From the NCBI GenBank assembly GCA_002690045.1, contig NZDE01000011.1, positions 88,582 to 152,581 of the forward strand: 64,000 bases of DNA, read 5' to 3'. The position numbers were made by a program, and so were the translations under genes. The DNA is from Alphaproteobacteria bacterium (GTDB lineage: Bacteria > Pseudomonadota > Alphaproteobacteria > Micavibrionales > Micavibrionaceae). Positions 49,048 through 57,713 of the stretch are shown here, piece after piece (position 1 is the first letter of the stretch; every line of letters starts with the position of its first letter). The notes under the pieces were generated by a model. That model did not search any database, was not told the origin of the DNA, and saw only the letters and a list, made by a program, of their open reading frames with translations.

Positions 49048-51531
49048 ATGAGTAAGTTCCAAAAACATTTTATTGCAGCAAGCTTAACCGCGACAATGGC
49101 GTTTAATAGCCTTGCTGTGGCACAAACAGTCGATCCCGCTGAAAACACTCTAGACAGCAAGCCGCCTATCCCACAAAAATATTACGACCTTGTTTTAAAT
49201 GAACTGAATCAGTTTAGCGACGATAAACGTGAAGCGATTATGTCGCAACCTGAGTTCCAAGACATATTAGATGAAATCGCTTACGAGAGGTTTTATTATT
49301 CCAGCGAGCAAATTCAAGAGCGCTTAGGAGCTGTAACAGATCGGCAATCTTTTTACGTTTTTATGGAAGATCTAAAAAATTCACCATACTATGAAAACAT
49401 AAAGGACAACATAGATAGTCCAGATAGCCTAGAGAGCGTTTTAGACAATACAAAAGCTTCACCCCTGCTAGCCATCCCTCTACTTTTGGAATCTGGATAT
49501 GGCAATAGTTATCCGAATTTGAATTTACAAACAATGAACGTATTAATGTCTGCTGGCGCAGATATAAACACTATTGATAAAGCTTTCCTTATAAGAACGA
49601 GAGATAGAGCGCATGTTTTTGATTTTGTAGACCGGAATATTCAAGAAAAACTAGACCAGTCCTACATAAAATATGATAGAGAAATTCAAACAAATGGATA
49701 TGAAGGAAATTTACCACAAAGCTTATTAGACAGCATTTCTGATGATTTAAATTTAACCCGTGATCTGCGTTCACGCTTAGGGCACGAAGCAAATGTTTCG
49801 TTAGAAGATGTAGCACCATTAAATTACGCCTATAACGGGGACGCGACGAATGAGGCGCTTCAAAATCAAATAACCGCCCTACGTGAGGACTCATACAAGC
49901 AATCCTTACTTGTACGTAATAGACAATATACCCCAGAAAACGCAATTACAGCACAAACCTTGGAAGCAAGTTATGGTCACACAGGTTATAATATAGATGC
50001 AGGCATAAACTACCAGTTTGACGATATCGAATTACCCACGCAACATGCAAACTTCACATTAATAGTCACCGAAGCACAAAACGATATACATTCCGATACG
50101 ACGCATAGATACGCTGAAGCTTTAGCAGTACGCATATCCCCAGATTATGAGGGCGATCAGGACGTTGTTTTTGCCGGTGCCCAAAACATCTTAGAAGAAA
50201 ACGATGAACTTATAAGAATGGCATCGATAGGCGCTGGACACATAATTCTTTCAAAAAGTTATGCTCCGTATACAGAAAATGTATATAATATCAATACATA
50301 TATACTCGAAACATCTGTTAGCAGTGATTTAGAGTATAATTTTCATGATAATAATGGAACCTTACAATTTGTAGCCGCAGGCAATGATTTTGACGGAGTT
50401 AAACTAAACGTAGATACAAAACAGGACACCATAGGAAGCTTTGCTTATGCGGCGCACAACTCAATGCCCGCAGCACATGCCAATAATAGTGTTATCGTGG
50501 GTGCCGCACATATACAAGATGGCACTACATTTATGTCGACTTATAGCTCTATGGGCGCCGAATTCTTAATGGAAACGCCAGACTTTTACGGCGCCAAAAT
50601 AAACGGCACGTCCTTCTCCACCCCCATAGCCGCAGAATACTACCACCAAATCGCCGAAAGCTATGGTGATACACTTACGCATGACGAAATCATGTTCGCG
50701 GCCTTATACAGTACACAAACAGACATATATAACGTGAACTTGTTTGATATCGAAAAAGGGGCTACTGAAATACCCGAAGCCTCCTCTAAAGACGAGGTTC
50801 TGTCCCTTCTTAGCCAAATTAATGAAAAGGAATACCATAAAGAAGTCATAGAAACATTCCAAAAAACAGTGTTCCGTACCAATGATGCAGGAATACCATT
50901 TCATGAACGTGCTGGCGCGGGATTTTTAAATGTTGATACATGGATGCAAAACTTAGAAAACATGGCAAAAATCAAAGCACGTTTTGAACATGAAGCTGAG
51001 GAAATCGTTCAAAAAGACAAATTATCCGCACTTGAAGATGCTGATTATGAAGGAACAGATAACTTTAACCATCGCTATATAGTTAATGTTAATGAAGATA
51101 TGACTTTAGATAAACAAACATTAAACATGGGGCAGAGCGGCTTGAATAGTGTTCGCATTACAAGCCCTAGCGGTATGCAGGTTGACTTTGTCGGTTCAGC
51201 CACGGGATATATTTCAACGCGCGGTTTCTCAGGCGAGGATGTAAAAGCTGGTCAACAAATCATTATTGAAACGACGGAAGAGCTTGGTGAGCACGCTGCT
51301 TTCACTTTACGTGGTTATGAAGATGGTAATGTGATGCAAGCGTTTAGAGAGCACAAAATAGCCACAAACAGTTTACAACCGAATAGCGTATATGAAGGCG
51401 ACAAATTATCAGAAAACCCTGAAGCCGCCTTAACACAATTAAATATTACAGCCATTCAAGACCGCCTAAGCGAAGAAATGAATACAGAGATACGAAGGCC
51501 CCCTGTAAAAGTTGGCCCGTACATACCTTAA
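49048..51531 (+). CDS. secreted subtilisin-like (S8 family) serine peptidase with large N- and C-terminal extensions
   Basis: Signal peptide (ASLTATMAFNSLAVA/QT). Subtilase motifs occur in canonical order and spacing: Asp YNIDAGI (aa 317), His SDTTHRY (aa 353), Asn FVAAGND (aa 445), VIVGAA, YSSMGAE and Ser INGTSFSTP (aa 522). Confidence 0.7.
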   Translation: MSKFQKHFIAASLTATMAFNSLAVAQTVDPAENTLDSKPPIPQKYYDLVLNELNQFSDDKREAIMSQPEFQDILDEIAYERFYYSSEQIQERLGAVTDRQSFYVFMEDLKNSPYYENIKDNIDSPDSLESVLDNTKASPLLAIPLLLESGYGNSYPNLNLQTMNVLMSAGADINTIDKAFLIRTRDRAHVFDFVDRNIQEKLDQSYIKYDREIQTNGYEGNLPQSLLDSISDDLNLTRDLRSRLGHEANVSLEDVAPLNYAYNGDATNEALQNQITALREDSYKQSLLVRNRQYTPENAITAQTLEASYGHTGYNIDAGINYQFDDIELPTQHANFTLIVTEAQNDIHSDTTHRYAEALAVRISPDYEGDQDVVFAGAQNILEENDELIRMASIGAGHIILSKSYAPYTENVYNINTYILETSVSSDLEYNFHDNNGTLQFVAAGNDFDGVKLNVDTKQDTIGSFAYAAHNSMPAAHANNSVIVGAAHIQDGTTFMSTYSSMGAEFLMETPDFYGAKINGTSFSTPIAAEYYHQIAESYGDTLTHDEIMFAALYSTQTDIYNVNLFDIEKGATEIPEASSKDEVLSLLSQINEKEYHKEVIETFQKTVFRTNDAGIPFHERAGAGFLNVDTWMQNLENMAKIKARFEHEAEEIVQKDKLSALEDADYEGTDNFNHRYIVNVNEDMTLDKQTLNMGQSGLNSVRITSPSGMQVDFVGSATGYISTRGFSGEDVKAGQQIIIETTEELGEHAAFTLRGYEDGNVMQAFREHKIATNSLQPNSVYEGDKLSENPEAALTQLNITAIQDRLSEEMNTEIRRPPVKVGPYIP

Positions 51532-51536
51532 AAAAA

Positions 51537-51950
51537 TTAAGACATTAAACGCTTAAAGCTATTGGCTGTATCGGCATAGCTATTAACATCCGTTTTGGAG
51601 CACTCTGCCGTATTACGGTTCGCTATTGCCCAGCATGTGCGCCCCAATGCGCCCGTTGCTGCACAACCGACTGCTGCGCCCGTAAGAACAATGCCGACCG
51701 GTGACATTGTTGTACCAATAAGACCAATCCACGTTAATGTTGTAAGACCTGTAAAAGATGCAGCAGAGGTACTAGCAGCCGTCACTGTACTAAAAAACTT
51801 ATCACTTTTACTCGCTTCGACCTTACCCTGTTGGGTGTAATTGCCAAGGACAATTGTTTTGAAATCATTATGTGCATCAAGCGGTGCAAGCGCTGTATCA
51901 ACAACGAAGTCTTTAACCAAAGCGGCTGCATTGAAAAATTTGGTAAGCAT
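51537..51950 (-). CDS. hypothetical membrane protein with a Gly/Ala/Thr-rich (glycine-zipper-like) hydrophobic segment
   Basis: 137-aa ORF, convergent with the S8 gene across a 5-nt gap. Hydrophobic stretch LTTLTWIGLIGTTMSPVGIVLTGAAVGCAATGALG. Possible AGGG Shine-Dalgarno. Confidence 0.45.
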   Translation of the reverse strand: MLTKFFNAAALVKDFVVDTALAPLDAHNDFKTIVLGNYTQQGKVEASKSDKFFSTVTAASTSAASFTGLTTLTWIGLIGTTMSPVGIVLTGAAVGCAATGALGRTCWAIANRNTAECSKTDVNSYADTANSFKRLMS

Positions 51951-52000
51951 AGTAAAACCCTGTTCTATAATTTTTTATTATCTTATTTTTATTATTCATA

Positions 52001-52033
52001 AAACAAAAAACCCGCTCTGTAAAGCGGGTTTCT
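52001..52033 (-). terminator. rho-independent terminator after tig
   Basis: 9-bp stem aaacccgct/agcgggttt with a 6-nt loop, followed on the minus strand by TTTTTTGTTTT. Confidence 0.65.
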
Positions 52034-52056
52034 TAAATTCACTATAAAGCAAAGGA

Positions 52057-53550
52057 CTACTTCTCAGCTGCTTTTTTCTTTGCAGGCGCTTTTTTCTTAG
52101 CTGCAGGCTTCTTTTCAGCAGGAGCGTTATCTTTCTTTGCTGCTGCCTTTTTTGCTGGCGCCTTCTTAGCTGCAGTTTTCTTTTTAGCTGGCTTAGCTGG
52201 CGCTTCGTCATCAAAGTCTTCTTTTAGAAGTTCATCAACGCTAACTTTTTTCTCTTTAACTTCAGCTTGCTCAAGAATGTAATCAACAACCTTCTCTTCA
52301 AAGATTGGTGCACGAAGCATTTCAACCATTTGTGGGTTGTTTTTGTAATATTCAAAAACTTGTGCTTCTTGACCTGGGTATTTTTGCGCTTCAGCCATAA
52401 CCGCTTGGTTAAGTTCTTGGTCGTTCACAACAACCTTGTTTGCATTACCAATTTCAGCCAGAACCAAACCTAGACGTACGCGGCGCGCTGCAATACCTGC
52501 AAGCTCTTCGCGCTCTGCATCATCAACACTATGATCGTGGTCGCACTTTTCGCCTGGGGCGTGATTATGTTCCTGTGCACGCTCCTGCTCAATACGCTGA
52601 ATGATACCATCTAACTCAGCCTGAACCATACCTTCTGGCAATTCAATGTCATGTTCAACATCAAGAACATCCAAAAGTGCTTTTTTCGCTTTAAGGCGGC
52701 TCATGCGGCCATATTCAGCTTCCATGTTGTCTTCGATGATTTTACGAACAGTTGCAAGGTCATCAAAACCAAGTGTTTTCGCAAGCTCATCATCAACTTT
52801 ACATGGGATAGATTCTTTAATTTCGTGAATTGTCACGTCAAAGATTGCTTCTTCACCTGCAAGATCTGGCATACCGTATTCTTTAGGGAATGTTACATTA
52901 ACTTCAACTTTATCGCCGGCTTTTTTGCCGATCAATTGATCTTCAAAACCTGGGATAAACTGGTTTGAGCCAAGTTTAAGTTCGAAACCAAGTGAAGACA
53001 TACCATCAACGGTAAAATCATCACGCTTACGACGACCTGCAAAATCAATAACTACGACATCATCAGTCTTTGTCGCACGCTTTGTTTCAACAGTTTTGCT
53101 TGTTGAGTTATTAGCAGCAATTTCACTTAAAGCTTCTTCAACTTTTTCAGCAGGTACATCTGTTACCGGCTTCTCAATTTTGATTTTCTTTAGGTCCATA
53201 ACCTTAACTTCTGGAAGTGATTCAACTTCCATTTTATAAACAAGGTCTTTACCTTCGTCGAAAGTAACAACTTCGATTTTAGGCTGCATTGCAGGGCGGA
53301 TTTTCTTGTCGCTAAGAACTTTTGAAGATGTTTCGTTAACAGCTTTCTCAAGTATTTCACCTAGCATGGCCTTGCCGTAACGTTGACGTAGGATTGGCAT
53401 TGGCACTTTACCCTTACGGAAACCAGGAATATTTACGCCCTTACCATATTCGATCAAACGATCTTCAACGCGCTTGTCTAGATCATTTGCAGGGATAGTG
53501 ATTTCTAACTCGTGGCTAAGGCCTTCGCTTTTAAGCTCTTTAACTTGCAT
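52057..53550 (-). CDS. tig: trigger factor with a Lys/Ala/Pro-rich C-terminal extension
   Basis: MQVKELKSEGLSHELEITIP start is typical of Tig. FKBP-type PPIase domain (GFRKGK.., DF.GR). The ATG at 53550 is preferred over the TTG at 53583. The last ~50 aa are AKK/PAKK repeats. Confidence 0.93.
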   Translation of the reverse strand: MQVKELKSEGLSHELEITIPANDLDKRVEDRLIEYGKGVNIPGFRKGKVPMPILRQRYGKAMLGEILEKAVNETSSKVLSDKKIRPAMQPKIEVVTFDEGKDLVYKMEVESLPEVKVMDLKKIKIEKPVTDVPAEKVEEALSEIAANNSTSKTVETKRATKTDDVVVIDFAGRRKRDDFTVDGMSSLGFELKLGSNQFIPGFEDQLIGKKAGDKVEVNVTFPKEYGMPDLAGEEAIFDVTIHEIKESIPCKVDDELAKTLGFDDLATVRKIIEDNMEAEYGRMSRLKAKKALLDVLDVEHDIELPEGMVQAELDGIIQRIEQERAQEHNHAPGEKCDHDHSVDDAEREELAGIAARRVRLGLVLAEIGNANKVVVNDQELNQAVMAEAQKYPGQEAQVFEYYKNNPQMVEMLRAPIFEEKVVDYILEQAEVKEKKVSVDELLKEDFDDEAPAKPAKKKTAAKKAPAKKAAAKKDNAPAEKKPAAKKKAPAKKKAAEK

Positions 53551-53585
53551 GATTATCTTCACTTCTTGTTTTTTGTTGTACAACT

Positions 53586-53614
53586 AAAAAAAAAGATCAA
53601 TTACTTGATCTTTT
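53586..53614 (-). terminator. AT-rich hairpin plus T-run between tRNA-Leu and tig
   Basis: 10-bp stem aaaagatcaa/ttgatctttt with loop ttac (plus-strand reading), followed on the minus strand by about nine T (the first four are shared with the stem). Confidence 0.45.
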
Positions 53615-53630
53615 GTCTCATCCTAAAAGA

Positions 53631-53715
53631 TGGTGCGGGTGGAGGGACTTGAACCCCCACGTCCGAAGACACTAGAACCTAAATCTAGCGCGTCTGCCAA
53701 TTTCGCCACACCCGC
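53631..53715 (-). tRNA. tRNA-Leu (TAG)
   Basis: Reverse complement GCGGGTGTGGCGAAATTGGCAGACGCGCTAGATTTAGGTTCTAGTGTCTTCGGACGTGGGGGTTCAAGTCCCTCCACCCGCACCA. Long variable arm, anticodon loop TTTAGGT, CCA encoded. Confidence 0.92.
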
Positions 53716-53823
53716 ATATATTGTGTAAGCAATTGGTTACAGAGCGCGTTTATACGCTATTGATTACGTTTCGCCAAGTGTTTTTTTTACTTTTATAAGA
53801 TTTTTTTTATAAAACCTACAACA

Positions 53824-55317
53824 CTAGCCATTATCTTTATAAATTTCGGACAAAGTCAGGCTTATTGCGCGTGGCAATTCAGACGCGACCATTGCCGCGC
53901 CCAACTTAAGCGATGCCATGCCGTGCAACCAAACCGCGCTGCATGCAGCCTCAAAAGGTGGCATCTTTTGTGCGAGGCATCCAGCGATTGCCCCTGCCAG
54001 AACATCACCACTTCCTGCCGTCGACAGCCATGGTGATGCCTTATTATTAATGCAGGCGCGGCCGTCTGGTGATGCAATAATTGTGTCCATGCCTTTTAAT
54101 ACAACAACGCAACTAGCCTGCACCGCGGCCTTCTTGGCGCGCTCCAACTTGTTAGGAAGCTCCGCAAGATCTGGAAACATGCGTTTAAATTCACCATCAT
54201 GTGGCGTTATGATGGCGGCATATTCATTAGGCACTTCGCCAAGTGCGTCACCGTCTAATACGACCTGAACATCTTTTTCCTGGCAGGCTTTAGCCAAACC
54301 AGTCATATCAAAACTCTTTTCTGCACCTGGGCCAATCAAACATGCGGATACATGGCGCTCTACCATTAAATCTACTGCACCTACCACACCATCAAAACAA
54401 CGCACCATAATTTCTGGTGCAACAGATGAACGATATACGGACGCGGCACTCTCGGATGTAAAAATAGATGCCATCCCCGCCCCTGTACGCATAGCGCCGC
54501 TAGATGCCAGACACGCGGCACCAACAAGCGTTTCCCCGCCAAGCACAGCCACATGACCGCGCATATATTTATGCGTTTGCGCATCAGGTACCTTCCAAAA
54601 CTGACGCCATAATTCAGGGTGGTTCAATGACGCATGAATTTCCATGCCCGCAAATGCGCTTGGTTTTAAACCGATATCAACAACGCTAATTTTACCGCAA
54701 TATTGCGCCCCTGGTTGTAAAACATGCTCAATACGAGGACGGCTCATTGTTACAGTATAATCCGCCTTTAGAATATTCTTATCTACAGATAGATCGGAAC
54801 GAATGCCTGTTGGTACATCCACAGACACAACGGTTGCACGCTCCTGCCTGACCGCATTAAATGTTTCGACTATCTCTCTTGGTAATTCACGATTTAAGCC
54901 TGCACCGAACACAGCATCAACAATAATATGGTCAGGATTTATTTCAATCTCTGACAGCATTGATACTTCACCTTGCCAAAGTTTTGCGGCTTCGGCGGCG
55001 ACATCATTCAGCATAATAACTTGTTTTGTACAATATACACGGACATTCCATCCAGCCTTTTCAAGTATAGCTGCGACAACGAACCCGTCACTTCCATTTT
55101 TCCCAGGACCGCACAGCACGCTAACTGGCCTGCGTTCAAAATGATTGGCAATAAATTCTGCGACGCCCCGCCCTGCTTTTTGGATCAGTTCAATCTCTCT
55201 TACGCCCGTTTCGTTCGTTAACTTTTCAGCCTGTCTGATTTGCTCTGTTGTAAATAATGCATAGCTTGTACGGGGCTTGCGACTTTGAGAGTCTTGTACG
55301 TTTTCAATGTTGCTCAT
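53824..55317 (-). CDS. nnr: bifunctional NAD(P)H-hydrate repair enzyme Nnr (epimerase / ADP-dependent dehydratase)
   Basis: YjeF-N domain (CGPGKNGSDGFV) followed by a carbohydrate-kinase-like domain (GSGDVLAG). 497 aa. Confidence 0.88.
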   Translation of the reverse strand: MSNIENVQDSQSRKPRTSYALFTTEQIRQAEKLTNETGVREIELIQKAGRGVAEFIANHFERRPVSVLCGPGKNGSDGFVVAAILEKAGWNVRVYCTKQVIMLNDVAAEAAKLWQGEVSMLSEIEINPDHIIVDAVFGAGLNRELPREIVETFNAVRQERATVVSVDVPTGIRSDLSVDKNILKADYTVTMSRPRIEHVLQPGAQYCGKISVVDIGLKPSAFAGMEIHASLNHPELWRQFWKVPDAQTHKYMRGHVAVLGGETLVGAACLASSGAMRTGAGMASIFTSESAASVYRSSVAPEIMVRCFDGVVGAVDLMVERHVSACLIGPGAEKSFDMTGLAKACQEKDVQVVLDGDALGEVPNEYAAIITPHDGEFKRMFPDLAELPNKLERAKKAAVQASCVVVLKGMDTIIASPDGRACINNKASPWLSTAGSGDVLAGAIAGCLAQKMPPFEAACSAVWLHGMASLKLGAAMVASELPRAISLTLSEIYKDNG

Positions 55318-55419
55318 AAGTAAATGCCGTAAAAAGAATATAATAAAAAGTTATCGTATAACGATAATACAGAGATTTTAATGAATAGTAAATTGAACGA
55401 AAATACAGAAAAAAATAAA

Positions 55420-55495
55420 TGGGGCGACTGACGGGACTTGAACCCGCGACAACTCGGACCACAACCGAGGGCTCTACCACTGAGCTACAGCCGCC
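55420..55495 (-). tRNA. tRNA-His (GTG) with encoded G-1
   Basis: Reverse complement GGCGGCTGTAGCTCAGTGGTAGAGCCCTCGGTTGTGGTCCGAGTTGTCGCGGGTTCAAGTCCCGTCAGTCGCCCCA. Anticodon loop TTGTGGT. The extra 5' G pairs with C73. Confidence 0.9.
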
Positions 55496-55719
55496 ATAAT
55501 CATTTGTGAAAAACGATTAGGGCTTGCTTATAACTGAAAATATTTCCCCTCGTCAAGTCATATAAATAAGGTAAATCCATATTTTTTTATTGTATCCCAA
55601 AAAAACATATTATAAAAGCAATGCTGCATTGCAAATACTGCATGGGTAATGTTAGTATAAATCCAATAGGATATTATTGCGTAACGCGTTAACACAAAAA
55701 AACAGGTATCGAGGAAAAA

Positions 55720-57147
55720 ATGTCTAAACACCTAAAATTTAAGTCTGCCGCTGAACTCGTTAAATATATTAAAGACAACGACATTCAAAATATTGATTTT
55801 GAATTCACTGATCTTCGTGGAAAGCTTCAGCATACAGCACAACATGTCGATACTGCTGATGAAGACCTATTTGAAAAAGGCATTTATTTTGATGGCTCAT
55901 CCATTGCTGGCTGGAAATCCATCAACGAATCAGACATGAACCTACGCCCTGACATTACAAAAGTTACGGTTGACCCCTTCTCATCCATTCCAACAGTTAA
56001 AGTTTTCTGTGACATTTATGACCCGCTTACAGATAAGCCATATGACCTAGACCCACGCAGCATTGCGAAGAAAGCAGAAGCACATTTACGTGACAGCGGC
56101 CTTGGTGATGAAGCTTACTTTGGTCCAGAAGCTGAATTCTTTGTGTTTGATGATGTGCGCATTAACAATGAAATGAATCATGTATCTTACTACGTAGACA
56201 GCATTGAAGGCCCATATAATTCAGGTACAAAATACGATAATGGTAATTTAGGTCACCGCCCGCGCGTTAAAGGTGGTTACTTCCCAGAAGCGCCAGTTGA
56301 TAGCCTTGCTGACCTTCGTGCAGAAATGCTTTCTGTAATGGGAGAAATGGGCGTTCCTGTTGAAAAGCATCATCACGAAGTTGCCCCAAGCCAGTGTGAG
56401 TTAGGCATTAAATACGCGACATTAACCGAAAGTGCAGACAATATTCAAATTTACAAACATGTTGTGCACAATGTGGCACATGCATATGGACGTTCTGCAA
56501 CATTTTTACCTAAGCCTATTTTTGGCGATAACGGTTCGGGCATGCATGTTCACCAATCTATCTGGAAAAGTGGCAAGCCAAGCTTTGCTGGTAAAAGCTA
56601 TGCTGGCCTATCAGAAACTGCGCTTTACTATATTGGCGGCATTATCAAACATGCGAAAGCCCTTAACGCGTTTACGAACCCATCAACAAACTCTTACAAG
56701 CGATTGGTACCTGGATATGAAGCACCAGTATTGCTTGCGTACTCTGCGCGCAACCGTTCTGCATCTTGCCGTATTCCTTTTGGTCACAGTCCAAAAGAAA
56801 AACGTATTGAAGTTCGTTTCCCTGACCCAATGGCAAATCCATATCTTGCATTCTCAGCAATGCTTATGGCGGGGCTAGATGGGATTGAAAACAAGATCCA
56901 CCCAGGCGATGCGATGGATAAAAACCTTTACGACTTGCCCGCGGACGAATTAAGCCAAGTACCGACAGTATGTGGTTCACTGCGCGAGGCTTTAGAGGCA
57001 CTGTCAAACGACCATCAGTTCCTCCTGAAAGGCAATGTTTTCACAACAGAGATGCTTGAAAATTACATCGACTTAAAGATGGAAGAAGTTGCCATTTATG
57101 AAACAACACCGCATCCAGTTGAGTTTATGATGTATTATTCTTCATAA
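55720..57147 (+). CDS. glnA: glutamine synthetase, type I
   Basis: GS-I signatures ([39 protein letters not shown]) and the adenylylation-site context DKNLYDLP. 475 aa. Confidence 0.96.
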   Translation: MSKHLKFKSAAELVKYIKDNDIQNIDFEFTDLRGKLQHTAQHVDTADEDLFEKGIYFDGSSIAGWKSINESDMNLRPDITKVTVDPFSSIPTVKVFCDIYDPLTDKPYDLDPRSIAKKAEAHLRDSGLGDEAYFGPEAEFFVFDDVRINNEMNHVSYYVDSIEGPYNSGTKYDNGNLGHRPRVKGGYFPEAPVDSLADLRAEMLSVMGEMGVPVEKHHHEVAPSQCELGIKYATLTESADNIQIYKHVVHNVAHAYGRSATFLPKPIFGDNGSGMHVHQSIWKSGKPSFAGKSYAGLSETALYYIGGIIKHAKALNAFTNPSTNSYKRLVPGYEAPVLLAYSARNRSASCRIPFGHSPKEKRIEVRFPDPMANPYLAFSAMLMAGLDGIENKIHPGDAMDKNLYDLPADELSQVPTVCGSLREALEALSNDHQFLLKGNVFTTEMLENYIDLKMEEVAIYETTPHPVEFMMYYSS

Positions 57148-57168
57148 GTTCATGTGTGATAATTTTTA

Positions 57169-57197
57169 AAGGGCTCATTTTTATGAGCCCTTTTTTA
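57169..57197 (+). terminator. rho-independent terminator after glnA (may also serve convergent mucR)
   Basis: 8-bp stem gggctcat/atgagccc with loop tttt, followed by TTTTTT. Confidence 0.75.
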
Positions 57198-57232
57198 TGT
57201 GCTATACGTAACGAGGATAACCGCGCGGTCGA

Positions 57233-57634
57233 TTAGTTTTTTGTGCCAAGGCCAATATCCTTAGCCAGCTGTGAGCGCTTTTCTGCATAATTTGGTGCGA
57301 CCATAGGATAATCTGGCGGTAACCCCCAACGCTCACGATATTCTTCTGGTGTCATATTATAAACTGATTTCAAATGACGCTTCAGCATTTTCAAATGCTT
57401 ACCATCCTCTAGGCAAATAATATAATCTGGCATAACTGATTTTTTGATTGGCACAGCTGGTGATGGACGGTCTTGATAACGATAGCCATCGCTAGAAATA
57501 CTATTCAGCGTTTTATAAACCTGTTTAATTACGTTCTGGATTTGGTCGGGCTGCACATGATTATTCCCAACATGAGAAGAAACAATCTGCGTTGTCATTT
57601 CAAGTAATTGTGCGTTGGTTATAGTATCAACCAT
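57233..57634 (-). CDS. MucR/Ros family transcriptional regulator
   Basis: C-terminal domain ICLEDGKHLKMLKRHLKSVYNMTPEEYRERWGLPPDYPMVAPNYAEKRSQLAKDIGLG aligns with the Ros/MucR DNA-binding domain. Confidence 0.88.
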   Translation of the reverse strand: MVDTITNAQLLEMTTQIVSSHVGNNHVQPDQIQNVIKQVYKTLNSISSDGYRYQDRPSPAVPIKKSVMPDYIICLEDGKHLKMLKRHLKSVYNMTPEEYRERWGLPPDYPMVAPNYAEKRSQLAKDIGLGTKN

Positions 57635-57713
57635 AATAAAACTCCAATATTACAAGTAAAAAACACTTTAATATGTATAATTACAAATAATAATGAATAT
57701 TTTATTACTAGCA

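Noticed and set aside
49500-49590. Ankyrin repeat domain in the N-terminal part of the S8 protease
   Set aside because: Only one ankyrin-like motif (LMSAGADINTID) is visible, with no tandem 33-aa periodicity. That is insufficient to call a domain.
51996-52214. 72-aa Lys/Arg/Gln-rich ORF overlapping the end of tig
   Set aside because: It is an alternate reading frame of the repetitive DNA that encodes the Tig AKKP tail. The Tig frame is continuous with a recognisable protein.
55340-55390. AT-rich inverted repeat TTATCGT-ATA-ACGATAA downstream of tRNA-His as a terminator
   Set aside because: The 7-bp all-weak stem has only a modest T-rich tail and lies inside the presumed nnr promoter region. 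The evidence is too weak to annotate.
55420-55495. tRNA-His acceptor end as an anomaly
   Set aside because: The encoded G-1 paired with C73 is the standard bacterial configuration. It only suggests that this lineage is outside the alphaproteobacterial group reported to lack G-1, which I cannot verify here.
55560-55719. Sigma54 promoter or NtrC enhancer upstream of glnA
   Set aside because: No TGGCAC-N5-TTGC(A/T) element and no TGCACC-N5-GGTGCA dyad were found on reading the spacer. Only unrelated short palindromes are present; these are reported as a finding.
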